Source: Gammaproteobacteria bacterium
Lineage (GTDB): Bacteria; Pseudomonadota; Gammaproteobacteria; Steroidobacterales; Foliamicaceae
DNA: 64,000 bases
NCBI GenBank assembly: GCA_011523505.1
Contig: WTGP01000053.1
Coordinates: 581 to 64,580, forward strand
Reading direction: 5' to 3'
This document shows, piece after piece, positions 41,904 to 50,904 of this stretch (position 1 is the first letter of the stretch; each line of letters opens with the position of its first letter). The notes under the pieces are model-generated. The model had not been told where the DNA came from and ran no database searches. It saw only the letters and a program-made list of their open reading frames with translations. Both the position numbers and the translations under genes were made by a program.

Positions 41904-43067
41904 CTATTTCCAGCGGGACTTGTCGGACAGGTAAACGCCTGCGTCGTCCAGGTCGGTCGGCAGATACTCGGAGAACAGGTTCGGCCCGAACTTGGGCACA
42001 TAGCGGTCATACACGGGACGGTAGAGGTCCCAGTGCACGTCCGGAATCCTGTTGCGCGCCCGGTAGGCGGCCAGCGGAATCGTCGCGCTGATCGGCTGCT
42101 CGAAGCCGCTCCTGGCTTCCGCCAGCGTTTCGCCCCCCGGCCCCCAGATGCCCGAGCCGCCGCCGCCCGTATCGCCGAACACGCCGCGCGTGCCGGGCGA
42201 ATGGGCGTTGTTGACCAGCGCCGTGTAGATGCCGTTGTGCATCGCGCCGGACCGCACGTCGAGGTGGTTGAAGCCTCCCGTGGCGGTGCGCAGCATCAGT
42301 TCGCAGCCTTTCAGCGCGAATGCGCGGATCAGTTCCGGCTCGCGCTGCACCGCGGTGGTGCAGATATTGCCGAACTTGGTGCGCGTGACCGGGATCACCT
42401 CGTCCTCGCCGTACATCTCCACGTATTCGTCGAGGACGTTGTAGATCGTCGTGGTCATCAGCTCGATGGTGCGCGCGCCGGCCTGGAACACGCCCTTGAT
42501 GTTGCGCGCCTTCCAGTGCCGCGCCAGTATCTCGCCGTCATCGCCGATGATCGTGGTGATGGACAGGTTGTGCCCGGGCCAGTCGCTGTCTCTCACGTAG
42601 CTGCCGAACACGATGAAGCAGCCGTACTGCCTGGCCTTCTTCGAAATCTCCTCGGTCTCCTCCCCCGGCACTTCGATGGCGATGCGCTGCACGTCGTCGC
42701 GATTCCAGTGGAATCGAAATCCTGTAATTGGAAACTCGTGGAAAAACAGTATGTTCTTCGGTAAACCTGAAGCCTGTGCCATGTCGATAAGATCCAGCAT
42801 GTGATTCAGGTTGCGGCGCTTGCCGGGACCCGGGTTGGATTCGTCGACCGGCCGAACCACCGACTGCACGACGCACAGGCGCACGTTGTCGCTGGCCAGC
42901 GGCACGGTGGCGTAGGTGCCGTCGGCGTGAACGGATACGTCTTCCCCGCCGCCGTGCTCCGCGCCCGTCGCCCTGCGCGCCGCGAGACCGCCGGCGGCCG
43001 CCGTAAGACCGGTCAGTGCCGCGCCCCGCAGCAGACTCCTGCGGTCGATGCCTGTCCCCTTCGTCAT
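41904..43067 (-). CDS. Carbon-nitrogen hydrolase (nitrilase-superfamily) protein with a twin-arginine signal peptide
   Basis: MTKGTGIDRRSLLRGAALTGLTAAAGGLAA (Tat motif), preceded by GGGAGGAGGAACC. Candidate Glu-Lys-Cys triad contexts are FFHEFPITG, ARHWKARN and FGNICTTAVQREPE. Confidence 0.75.
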   Translation of the reverse strand: MTKGTGIDRRSLLRGAALTGLTAAAGGLAARRATGAEHGGGEDVSVHADGTYATVPLASDNVRLCVVQSVVRPVDESNPGPGKRRNLNHMLDLIDMAQASGLPKNILFFHEFPITGFRFHWNRDDVQRIAIEVPGEETEEISKKARQYGCFIVFGSYVRDSDWPGHNLSITTIIGDDGEILARHWKARNIKGVFQAGARTIELMTTTIYNVLDEYVEMYGEDEVIPVTRTKFGNICTTAVQREPELIRAFALKGCELMLRTATGGFNHLDVRSGAMHNGIYTALVNNAHSPGTRGVFGDTGGGGSGIWGPGGETLAEARSGFEQPISATIPLAAYRARNRIPDVHWDLYRPVYDRYVPKFGPNLFSEYLPTDLDDAGVYLSDKSRWK

Positions 43068-43190
43068 GGTTCCTCCTCCCATGCAATGCGAAACGAAGTT
43101 GCATTCTAAAGGCAAGGTGCTTGCGGGACAGCACACGAGTGCGCACAATCGGAGTTCGTGGGACTACTCAGGCGATTGACGCTGCCGTGG

Positions 43191-43433
43191 ATGGCGGGCT
43201 CGGCCGGCGCGCTGCTGCTGGGGCTGCTGGCCGGCCCGATCGTGGCCTACTGGCTGGGCGAAAAGGCCGCCGGCGAATACGCCGACCCCGGGGGCCTGCT
43301 GGCTTTCTGGACCAGCATCTACGGCGATGCGTTCGGGTTCGGGGGCGCCGGGCTGATCTTTCTGCTGGGTCCGCTGCTCATGTTCCAGGTCGGCTGGGCC
43401 GCGCTTCGCGCCTGGCGCAAATTCGTCCGCTAG
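43191..43433 (+). CDS. Small hypothetical membrane protein
   Basis: MAGSAGALLLGLLAGPIVAYWLG...GAGLIFLLGPLLMFQVGWAAL has two hydrophobic helices. The alternative GTG start is at 43158. Confidence 0.45.
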   Translation: MAGSAGALLLGLLAGPIVAYWLGEKAAGEYADPGGLLAFWTSIYGDAFGFGGAGLIFLLGPLLMFQVGWAALRAWRKFVR

Positions 43434-43714
43434 GGCCAGAAGTAGGCGCCTACGCCCGCAAGCGAGGCCCAGAACAGACACAGCGGCGCCCACCGCCAGG
43501 CCGCCCGGCTCAGGTGCCCCCACATGGCCATTCCGCCCAATGCCGAACAGCCGCCGAACATGGCCGTCGCCACGATCAGAAGCGGCAATTCGGATTCCAG
43601 GCGAGGATAGTCGTCCATGATCACCCAGAACGTAAAACAGACGATCGCAAGCCCCGCGAATATGGCCAGGCAACTGCCGAGAAAGACGCCGAGAAGAATA
43701 CCGAAGGGGCGCAT
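43430..43714 (-). CDS. Small hypothetical membrane protein (94 aa)
   Basis: MRPFGILLGVFLGSCLAIFAGLAIVCFTFWVI...LLIVATAMFGGCSALGGMAMW...APLCLFWASLAGVGAYFWP. Only this C-terminal part of ORF 43430..44521 is plausible; the remainder is antisense to prc. Confidence 0.5.
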   Translation of the reverse strand: MRPFGILLGVFLGSCLAIFAGLAIVCFTFWVIMDDYPRLESELPLLIVATAMFGGCSALGGMAMWGHLSRAAWRWAPLCLFWASLAGVGAYFWP

Positions 43715-43756
43715 GCTGCTGGTATGATCCGCCGGGAACAAAAACGAATGCTCTGC

Positions 43757-45895
43757 ATGCGAATCATAACTGCGCGCACATCGGGCCCGGCAGGAAAGGC
43801 GACTCCAGCGGCCCTTGCAATGCTGCTGGCGCTCGGCGTCCAGGCGCAGGCATACGCCGCGACCGGCGAACGCCCCGAGACCCTTCGGATCACCGACGGC
43901 CACCGGGAAACGGTCCAGCGCGTCGTGACCTATGCCGAACGGGCCCACTACCAGAACATCGCGCTGGACGACACCCTGTCGAGAGAGACGCTGCGCAACT
44001 ACATCGACCTGCTGGACGGACAGAAGCTCTATTTCCTCAAACACCAGGAGGACTATTTCCTCGACCGCTACGGGACCAGCCTGGACGACCTGATGCAGCG
44101 CGGCGCACTCGACCCCGTTCTCGAAATCTACCGGCTGTTCCGGACCCGCATGACCAGCTATTTCGATTTTGCGCTGGAATACCTCGAGACCGAACCGGAG
44201 CTCAACACGGACCGGATGTGGATCCGCCGCGGCGATGACAGGCCGCGGCCCGCCAGCCAGGACCGGATGGACGAAGTCTGGCGCGACCGGGTCCGCCACG
44301 AACTCATCAATCTCATCCTCGACGATCGCAGTTACGAAGAGGCCGCCGAGGCGCTGCTCAAACGCTATGAACGTCAGCGCAAGACTCTGAACGCGCAGGA
44401 CGCCGACGACGTGTTCTCCGTGTTCATGAACGCCTTCACGCACACCCTGGACCCGCATTCCACCTACTTCTCGCCGCACAACTACGAGGAATACCGTATC
44501 CAGATGAGCCGCGCCTACCACGGCATAGGCGCTTCCCTGGGAGCGGAGGACGACTACGTCCAGGTGCGCGAAGTGCTGCCCGGGGGGCCCGCCGACAAGG
44601 ACGGGCGGCTGCGGGCCGGCGATCGCATAACCGGGGTGGACAGCACCGGGTCGGGCGAGGTGACCGACGTTGTGGGATGGCGGCTCGAGGACGTCGTGGA
44701 GCTGATCCGCGGGCCTTCCGACACGCCGGTCGTTCTGCGCATCCTCCCGGGGGGCGACGCTGCCGGCAGCGATTCATTCCTGCTGGACCTGACGCGCGGA
44801 CGCGTCCGCCTGATGGGAGCGGAAAAGGAGTTGCTCAACGTCGAGCGCGAGGGGGCCGAATTCAACGTGGGAGTGGTGCGGATTCCCAATTTCTACTACG
44901 ACATGGAGGGCCGCCAGGCGGGGCTGAAGGACTACCCCAGTTCGACCCGCGACGTTAAGCGGCTGATCGCCGAGCTGAGGTCCGAGGGCGCGTCCGGCCT
45001 GATCCTGGACCTGCGGCGCAACGGAGGCGGCCACCTCAACGAGGCGATCTCGCTGGCAGGCCTGTTTGTCGGCCGGGGGCCGGTGGTCCAGGTGCGCGAC
45101 TCGGAGCTGCGCACGCAGGTGCTGCAGAACCGGCGCCAGCAAACGGTGTGGGACGGCCCGCTGGTGGTGCTGGTGGACCGGCTCAGCGCCTCCGCTTCGG
45201 AAATCCTGGCCGCCGCCATCCAGGACTACGGACGCGGCGTGGTGGTGGGACAGCGCACCTTCGGCAAGGGCACCGTGCAGAACATCTACCAGATCAGCCG
45301 GCGCGGCGACGAAATGCCCGGGCGCCTGACGCTGACCATGGGCAAGTACTACCGGGTAACCGGCGAGAGCACGCAGCACCGCGGCGTCGCGCCCGACATC
45401 ACGCTTTCGGCGGCGGCTGCGGAATTACCCCTGCTGTTCCCCAATCAGGTCATCGGGGAGGACATCGGCGAAAGCGCCGCCGATAACGCCCTGCCCTGGG
45501 ACACGATCCCGGAAACCGAGTACCGGGGAGGAAGCGTCGACGGAGCGACCCTGAGCACGCTGGTCGCCAATCACCAGAGGCGGGAATCGGAGGACCCGGA
45601 CCTGAGGCTGCTGAAAGGCCGCATACAGGCCATGCAGGAACTGACCGACCGGAAAACGGAGCCCATCCATCTGGAGCGGCGGCGGGCCGATCAGGAGGTC
45701 CGCCGGGTGCAAAGACTGGCCATGACCAATGAATGGCTGGCGGAAAACGAACTGCCGCCGATCGAAAGCCTGGAGGAATTGAGAGGGATGGACCTGCCGG
45801 ACGTGGCCCTGGAGCAGGCGTCAGAGGTTGTCGTCGACCTGTTGCGGCTTCAGGCGGCCTCTTCGCGGGCCACCGCCCGCAGTTCCCTGAACTGA
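43757..45895 (+). CDS. prc: Tail-specific (C-terminal processing) protease Prc, S41 family
   Basis: Signal peptide ...AALAMLLALGVQAQAYA; N-terminal Prc domain (HYQNIALDDTLSRETLRNYIDLLDGQKLYFL); PDZ (GIGASLGAEDDYVQVREVLPGGPADKDGRLRAGDRI); S41 core (LILDLRRNGGGHLNEA, VDRLSASASEILAAAIQDYGRGVVVGQRTFGKGTVQ). Alternative starts are 43724 and 43748. Confidence 0.9.
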   Translation: MRIITARTSGPAGKATPAALAMLLALGVQAQAYAATGERPETLRITDGHRETVQRVVTYAERAHYQNIALDDTLSRETLRNYIDLLDGQKLYFLKHQEDYFLDRYGTSLDDLMQRGALDPVLEIYRLFRTRMTSYFDFALEYLETEPELNTDRMWIRRGDDRPRPASQDRMDEVWRDRVRHELINLILDDRSYEEAAEALLKRYERQRKTLNAQDADDVFSVFMNAFTHTLDPHSTYFSPHNYEEYRIQMSRAYHGIGASLGAEDDYVQVREVLPGGPADKDGRLRAGDRITGVDSTGSGEVTDVVGWRLEDVVELIRGPSDTPVVLRILPGGDAAGSDSFLLDLTRGRVRLMGAEKELLNVEREGAEFNVGVVRIPNFYYDMEGRQAGLKDYPSSTRDVKRLIAELRSEGASGLILDLRRNGGGHLNEAISLAGLFVGRGPVVQVRDSELRTQVLQNRRQQTVWDGPLVVLVDRLSASASEILAAAIQDYGRGVVVGQRTFGKGTVQNIYQISRRGDEMPGRLTLTMGKYYRVTGESTQHRGVAPDITLSAAAAELPLLFPNQVIGEDIGESAADNALPWDTIPETEYRGGSVDGATLSTLVANHQRRESEDPDLRLLKGRIQAMQELTDRKTEPIHLERRRADQEVRRVQRLAMTNEWLAENELPPIESLEELRGMDLPDVALEQASEVVVDLLRLQAASSRATARSSLN

Positions 45896-46371
45896 AACGG
45901 CGGCCTGCCGGCCGTGCGCGCCTGCACCGGGCCGTGATGGGAGTCGGCCAGGAACTGCAGCCATTTGCCGAGCACGCAGTTGCGCCGCCAGCAATCGGCA
46001 AAGCCGCCCGGCGCTTCGCAGCAAGCCCCGTAGCGCTGCGACCAGTGGACCACTTCGGCGACCCGTGCGTCGTCGTACAGGTTGACGATCAGGTCGGGCT
46101 CCGCTTCGCTGTCGCCTTCATCGGGAAACAGGTAGGTCATGCGCAATACCGTGGTGAACGCCGACCTGCGCTCCACTTCGATATGCAGCTCGCCGTTGAC
46201 CGGGCTGTGCGAGACGTGCCAGCCCGGCTCGCGCAGGGCGTGGCCGAACAAGCGCCAGAGTCCGGCGTAGTTGCGTTCGTACATGTCGATCAGCGCGCCC
46301 AGTCCCAGCGGCCGGTTGCCGAGAAGCATGGCCGGGGCCAGTTGCCGGGAGACTCTGGTGAGCGCAAGCAT
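45850..46371 (-). CDS. DUF1249 (YqiB-like) protein
   Basis: LIDMYERNYAGLWRLF, EVERRSAFTTVLRMTY, LIVNLYDDARVAEVV and GKWLQFLADSHHG parallel E. coli YqiB blocks. The start is placed at ATG 46371 (alternative 46329). There is a 46-nt convergent overlap with the prc 3' end. Confidence 0.65.
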   Translation of the reverse strand: MLALTRVSRQLAPAMLLGNRPLGLGALIDMYERNYAGLWRLFGHALREPGWHVSHSPVNGELHIEVERRSAFTTVLRMTYLFPDEGDSEAEPDLIVNLYDDARVAEVVHWSQRYGACCEAPGGFADCWRRNCVLGKWLQFLADSHHGPVQARTAGRPPFQFRELRAVAREEAA

Positions 46372-46466
46372 GAGAACCCGGAATATAGCAGAATCGGAAC
46401 TGCTTGCACGCGCGTCCCGGCGGCGGTAATCTCCGGGAGCGCATTTCAGGATAGGAGGAGGGCGGA

Positions 46467-47369
46467 ATGAACGCAGCAATCAAGACGGCCAACGGAGCGC
46501 TCATGCGTCCCCCGCTGCTGGGGCTCATGGCCTGGACAACGGTATTGCTATGGACGCCGCTCGCGCACACGCTGATGGTGCTGCAATACGGCCAGATGGC
46601 GGTCGTGCCCGCCTATCTCGTGAGCTTCCTCGTCGGTCTGGCCGGCTGGATCATGGTCTGGAAGGGGTTCAAGGCCGACGACCTCCCGGCCACGATTCTG
46701 GGCTTCATGGGCGGATCGCTGATCTGGCTGGGCTGGATGGAAGGGTCGTTCGAGTTCATGGGGCACTGGCTGAATCCGCCCAAGCTGATGTTCATGGGCG
46801 TGGAGCTGTTCACGGCCAACCTGCTCCTTTTGCAGGCCACCGGTGTGATCCTGGTCGCCCTGCTGATCTGGCTGGGGTCGAACAAGGACACGCACTGCCG
46901 GATGTTCATGTGGTTCCACCGCAACTTCAAGCTCACGCCCGCGCGCCGCACGCCGGGCTACAAGCGCCAGTTCTCGCGCATCGTGGCGCTGGAAGTGATC
47001 ATGATCAACTGGTTCTTCTACGTGCTGATCCTGTGGCTATACGACCCGCGGGTGCTCGGGCCGTTTCACACGGCAACGATTGCCGTGGTCTGCGCCGTGT
47101 TTCTCTGGGGGCTGTGGCTGCTGTTCTTCCGCATGCTGCCCTTCCGGCGGCCGGCCGCCGCGCTGCGCTACGCCGTGCCCAGCGCCAACGTCCTGTGGTT
47201 CTGCGTGGAAGCGGGATCCGCCTGGCAGCTGTACACGGAGCCCTGGATCTACCCGTTCCGTTTTCCGATCACCAACATGATCATCCTGCTGGCGTTCCTC
47301 GGCGGACTGGCGTGGTTCGTGGCACGGCACAGGGCCGCGTCGGGGCAGCAGGCCGCGGCGGCGACATGA
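46467..47369 (+). CDS. Hypothetical polytopic membrane protein
   Basis: 300-aa ATG ORF preceded by GGAGGAGGG. At least six hydrophobic helices. No family recognised. Confidence 0.7.
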   Translation: MNAAIKTANGALMRPPLLGLMAWTTVLLWTPLAHTLMVLQYGQMAVVPAYLVSFLVGLAGWIMVWKGFKADDLPATILGFMGGSLIWLGWMEGSFEFMGHWLNPPKLMFMGVELFTANLLLLQATGVILVALLIWLGSNKDTHCRMFMWFHRNFKLTPARRTPGYKRQFSRIVALEVIMINWFFYVLILWLYDPRVLGPFHTATIAVVCAVFLWGLWLLFFRMLPFRRPAAALRYAVPSANVLWFCVEAGSAWQLYTEPWIYPFRFPITNMIILLAFLGGLAWFVARHRAASGQQAAAAT

Positions 47370-47379
47370 GTTCCCGCCC

Positions 47380-47757
47380 GTGACCTTTGCGCTCTGGTGC
47401 GTGTTCGTCGGCCTGTGGCTGCCGTTGCTGTGGGCCGGCCTGGCGAAGTGGGGCGGGGGTTACAGCAATTCCCGTCCGCGGGAATGGATGGCGACGCAGG
47501 AAGGCTGGAGGCAGCGGGCCATATGGGCGCAGAGCAACGCCTGGGAAGCTTTCGCTCCTTTTGCGGCCGCAGTGCTGACCGCGCACTTCACCGGCGCGGA
47601 TCAATTGACCGCAAACTGGCTCGCGGCGCTGTTCATCGTGTCGCGCATCCTGCACGGCGTGTTCTACGTCCTCGATCGTTCCACCGCACGCTCGGTGTCC
47701 TGGTTCGGTGGAATAGTCGCGGTAGTCGGGCTCTTTGTGGCTGCCGCCCTAGCCTGA
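47380..47757 (+). CDS. MAPEG-family membrane protein
   Basis: 125 aa, GTG start. Typical MAPEG layout: ...[21 protein letters not shown]...[16 protein letters not shown]....[16 protein letters not shown]. Confidence 0.7.
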   Translation: MTFALWCVFVGLWLPLLWAGLAKWGGGYSNSRPREWMATQEGWRQRAIWAQSNAWEAFAPFAAAVLTAHFTGADQLTANWLAALFIVSRILHGVFYVLDRSTARSVSWFGGIVAVVGLFVAAALA

Positions 47758-48297
47758 ACGGAACATCGTGGCGCGGTAATGCCTGAGTTCGGCGATCGAA
47801 GCGAGGATGTCGCTCTTCGCGCGGTGCCGATCGTCCTTCTCGACCCCGTCGAGCACCTCGGGACTCCAGTGTCCGGCAAGAATCTTGATACTGCTCACGT
47901 CCAGGTTGCGGTAGTGGAAGAACGCCGCAAGGTCGGGCATGGCGCGGGACAGGAACCGACGGTCCTGGCAGATGCTGGCGCCGCACATCGGTGAACTCTT
48001 CGGCAGGCAATGCTCCTTCAGGAACTCCAGCGTCGTGCGTTCCGCCTCCTCGGTGCTGATCCGGCTGTCCAGGACCTCGGCGAACAGACCCGAAGCCGTG
48101 TGGGTGCGCGTGTTCCAGTCGTCCATTTCGTACATCACCGAACGCGGCTGATGGATGACGATGTTCGGTCCCTCGGCCACGGTCTCGAGATCCCCATCCG
48201 TTACGACGGTAGCAATCTCGATGATCTGGTCCCGCAACGGGTCCAGCCCGGTCATTTCCAGGTCGATCCATACCAGTCGTGAATCTCTCTTGCCCAT
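47749..48297 (-). CDS. orn: Oligoribonuclease
   Basis: [32 protein letters not shown]... (DEDDh exonuclease motifs) and ...[18 protein letters not shown]. The start is placed at ATG 48297. The upstream 228 codons in the ORF track are antisense to rsgA. Confidence 0.92.
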   Translation of the reverse strand: MGKRDSRLVWIDLEMTGLDPLRDQIIEIATVVTDGDLETVAEGPNIVIHQPRSVMYEMDDWNTRTHTASGLFAEVLDSRISTEEAERTTLEFLKEHCLPKSSPMCGASICQDRRFLSRAMPDLAAFFHYRNLDVSSIKILAGHWSPEVLDGVEKDDRHRAKSDILASIAELRHYRATMFRSG

Positions 48298-48351
48298 TAA
48301 TTCTCCGAATTGATGCACCCAAGTCGTTCGGGCGCGGATTCTAGCCTCAAT

Positions 48352-49269
48352 ATGCCGAAACCGGCAGCGATTCCGCAAAAACCCGGAAACCTGGCGCTGG
48401 TTACGGCCTGCTACGGCCGCCGCGGCCGCATGGAGGCCGCCACCGGGGAAGAGTTGCCCTATCTTGCGGCAAGCCGCCGCCACAAGCCGGTTTGCGGTGA
48501 CGAGGTGCGGTTCGAACTCCGCGCCGATGACTCGCCGGCCCTGCTGCGGGACATCCTCCCGCGCCGTAACGAGCTTTCGCGAACCGGGGCTAGGGAACGC
48601 ACCGAGGTCGTGGCCGCCAACTTTTCGCTGCTGGCGATCGTTGCGGCGCCGGAGCCCGCGCCCGACTACGAACTTGTCGACCGGCTGCTGTGCGCGGCGG
48701 CCGGATCGGGCGCCGAAGGCCTGATTGTCTGGAACAAGACCGACCTGGGACGCGGAAGGCCTGCGCGCCTGCTCGAATATGAAGCCGCGGGTTTCGACGT
48801 CGCCACGGTGAGCGCGCTGACGGGCGCGCGAATCAGGCGGCTCAGGCGCCGCCTCAAGGCGCACACGAGCGTGCTGGCGGGGCAGTCCGGCGGAGGCAAA
48901 TCGACACTGGTGAACGCGCTGCTGGGCCGCGAAGCCGCCGCGGCCGGCGAGCTTTCGGAAAAGGCGCGGCGCGGACGCCACACGACGGCGTCGGCGGCCA
49001 TGTATTCCCTGCCCGGCGGCGGGCGCGTGATGGACCTGCCGGGCGTGCGTTCCCTAATGCCTGTTCTGACCGACTATGGCGAGTTGCAGGCAGGCTTCCC
49101 GGAATTCGCCGGCCCGGCCCAGGAATGCCGGTTCGCCAACTGCCGGCACCGGAACGAGCCGGGCTGTTCGGTGCTGGAAGCGGTGGCCGCGGGACGGCTG
49201 CCGGCCGGGCGGCATGCCGGTTATCTCGCGCTGCTGCGCGAGTTCGAGGAACTCGCCGCTTCCGTTTAG
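48352..49269 (+). CDS. rsgA: Ribosome small-subunit-dependent GTPase A
   Basis: [50 protein letters not shown], and the zinc knuckle [16 protein letters not shown]. Divergent from orn, as in E. coli. Confidence 0.9.
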   Translation: MPKPAAIPQKPGNLALVTACYGRRGRMEAATGEELPYLAASRRHKPVCGDEVRFELRADDSPALLRDILPRRNELSRTGARERTEVVAANFSLLAIVAAPEPAPDYELVDRLLCAAAGSGAEGLIVWNKTDLGRGRPARLLEYEAAGFDVATVSALTGARIRRLRRRLKAHTSVLAGQSGGGKSTLVNALLGREAAAAGELSEKARRGRHTTASAAMYSLPGGGRVMDLPGVRSLMPVLTDYGELQAGFPEFAGPAQECRFANCRHRNEPGCSVLEAVAAGRLPAGRHAGYLALLREFEELAASV

Positions 49270-49310
49270 CTCCGAGGTCCGGTCACCGGCGCAATACCCG
49301 AACCCCCCGG

Positions 49311-50267
49311 CTAGCCGGGAAACTCGGCGACGCCGGCCAGCGCCCGCAAGGGCTTGCTCTGGCCGGTGTCGATGCGGCCGACGAACTCCCCGGTCTCCAG
49401 ATCGATCTTGAGCATGATCCCGGTAAAGATGTTGCTCAGCAGCGCGTAGCGGGGATCGCCGCAGGACGAAACGTCGGACCAGCCGTATTCCGGCAGTTCG
49501 TACTCGCGCATCACCCTGCCCTCCTCGTCCAGCATCTCCATCGTGCGGCCGCGGGTCAGCAGCAGCCGCCCGTCGGGCAGGTAGCGCACGGCGATGGCGA
49601 ACAGCCCGTCGCTGATGTCCTCGCCCGGATAGGTCACGAGGTCGTCCAGCTGCCGGTCTTCGACCACGTCGTAGCGCATGACGCGCTTGCCCAGTTCCGT
49701 GGTGTAGGCGATGAACTGCTCGTCCGGATGCAGCGTGGAATGGGTCACGCCCTTGAACCGGGTCGGCTCCGGCGCGTTCTCGACTTCGAACACGCAATCC
49801 AGCTCCCCGTCGGCGTTATAGCGGTAGATGTTGCCGTAGCCCAGCTCGCCGCTGCCCGGAATCCTCGGAAACTCGACTGTCGTCAGATTTTCGATGCCGG
49901 GCGGCGGCGCTTCCGCGCACAGGTGCTCGCCCAGGTAAACGCTGCCGTCGGAGGCGAAACTGGCGCTGCGGTACACGCGCGGCAGAAAATCCTTCTTCGG
50001 CAGCTGGCGTCCCGTGGCCGGGTCCACGTGAATGACGAGGTGATCGTCGAAGGCCCACAGCACCCCGTCGCGATCGACCGCCAGCCCGCCGACCAGGTGG
50101 CGCGTGCCTTCCGTATAGAGAACGCCCCTGGGCTTGCAGTCGGCGTCGTACTGAAGAATCCGTCCGATCCCCGCATGATCGTCGTGAGGATCGTTCAGCA
50201 GCGTGCAGCCGAGAAAAATGTCCCCGGCCGCAAACGGCTGCATGGTCGATACATGTTCATCACTCAT
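49311..50267 (-). CDS. Hypothetical protein, probably beta-propeller-like
   Basis: 318-aa ATG ORF with normal composition and recurring short strand-turn motifs (DGVLWAF, DGSVYLG, DGRLLLT). No family recognised. Confidence 0.6.
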   Translation of the reverse strand: MSDEHVSTMQPFAAGDIFLGCTLLNDPHDDHAGIGRILQYDADCKPRGVLYTEGTRHLVGGLAVDRDGVLWAFDDHLVIHVDPATGRQLPKKDFLPRVYRSASFASDGSVYLGEHLCAEAPPPGIENLTTVEFPRIPGSGELGYGNIYRYNADGELDCVFEVENAPEPTRFKGVTHSTLHPDEQFIAYTTELGKRVMRYDVVEDRQLDDLVTYPGEDISDGLFAIAVRYLPDGRLLLTRGRTMEMLDEEGRVMREYELPEYGWSDVSSCGDPRYALLSNIFTGIMLKIDLETGEFVGRIDTGQSKPLRALAGVAEFPG

Positions 50268-50295
50268 ACCTCACCCTCCCCCGGGGAATGAGTCC

Positions 50296-50904
50296 CTAGT
50301 CCACCTGCCGCCGCTGCGCCAGCGCCGACGACAGCGTCCCCGAATCGACGTAGCTCAACTCGCCCCCCAACGGCACTCCCTGTGCGATGCGCGTGGCCCT
50401 GATGTCCCGGCGTTGCGCCATGCGGCCCAGATAGGCCGCGGTGGCCTCGCCCTCCACCGTGGCGCTGGTGGCGAGGATCAGTTCCCTGATGACGCCCTCG
50501 TCCAGCCGTTTCTCCAGCTTTTCGAGACCCAGTTCTTCCGGCCCGATGCCGTCCAGCGGCGAGAGCCGGCCCGACAGCACGAAAAACAGGCCGCGATAGG
50601 CGCCCGAAGACTCGACCGCGGCCAGGTCCGAAGGCGATTCCACCACGCACAACTGGCTGGGATCGCGGCCCGTCGACTGGCAGATCAGGCACAGGTCGCC
50701 GTCCGCGAGCATGCGGCAGCGCGAACAGGGCCGGACCGACGTCAGCGCTTCCGCAAGGCTGCGCGCCAGCCTCCGGGCTCCCTCGGGCTGGCGGGCGAAC
50801 ATGTGCAGGACCATGCGCTCCGCCGACCGCGGCCCTACCCCGGGCAGGAATTTCAACGCTTCCAGCAATTCCGCCAGGCGCGGCGGAAAGACACTGGCCG
50901 TCAC
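50296..50904 (-). CDS. recR: Recombination protein RecR
   Basis: LEALKFLPGVGPRSAERM (HhH), CSRCRMLADGDLCLIC (Cys4 zinc finger), Toprim LCVVESPSDLAAVE. GTG start forms a GTGA overlap with the dnaX stop. Confidence 0.92.
   Translation of the reverse strand: MTASVFPPRLAELLEALKFLPGVGPRSAERMVLHMFARQPEGARRLARSLAEALTSVRPCSRCRMLADGDLCLICQSTGRDPSQLCVVESPSDLAAVESSGAYRGLFFVLSGRLSPLDGIGPEELGLEKLEKRLDEGVIRELILATSATVEGEATAAYLGRMAQRRDIRATRIAQGVPLGGELSYVDSGTLSSALAQRRQVD

Noticed and set aside
43430-44521. 363-aa minus-strand ORF overlapping prc
   Set aside because: Only the last 94 codons (43430..43714, a hydrophobic small protein) lie outside prc and look genuine. The upstream 269 codons are antisense to the strongly supported prc gene.
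47749-48981. 410-aa ORF containing orn
   Set aside because: The N-terminal 228 codons are antisense to rsgA and are R/A/G-rich. The oligoribonuclease homology starts at [18 protein letters not shown] (ATG 48297).
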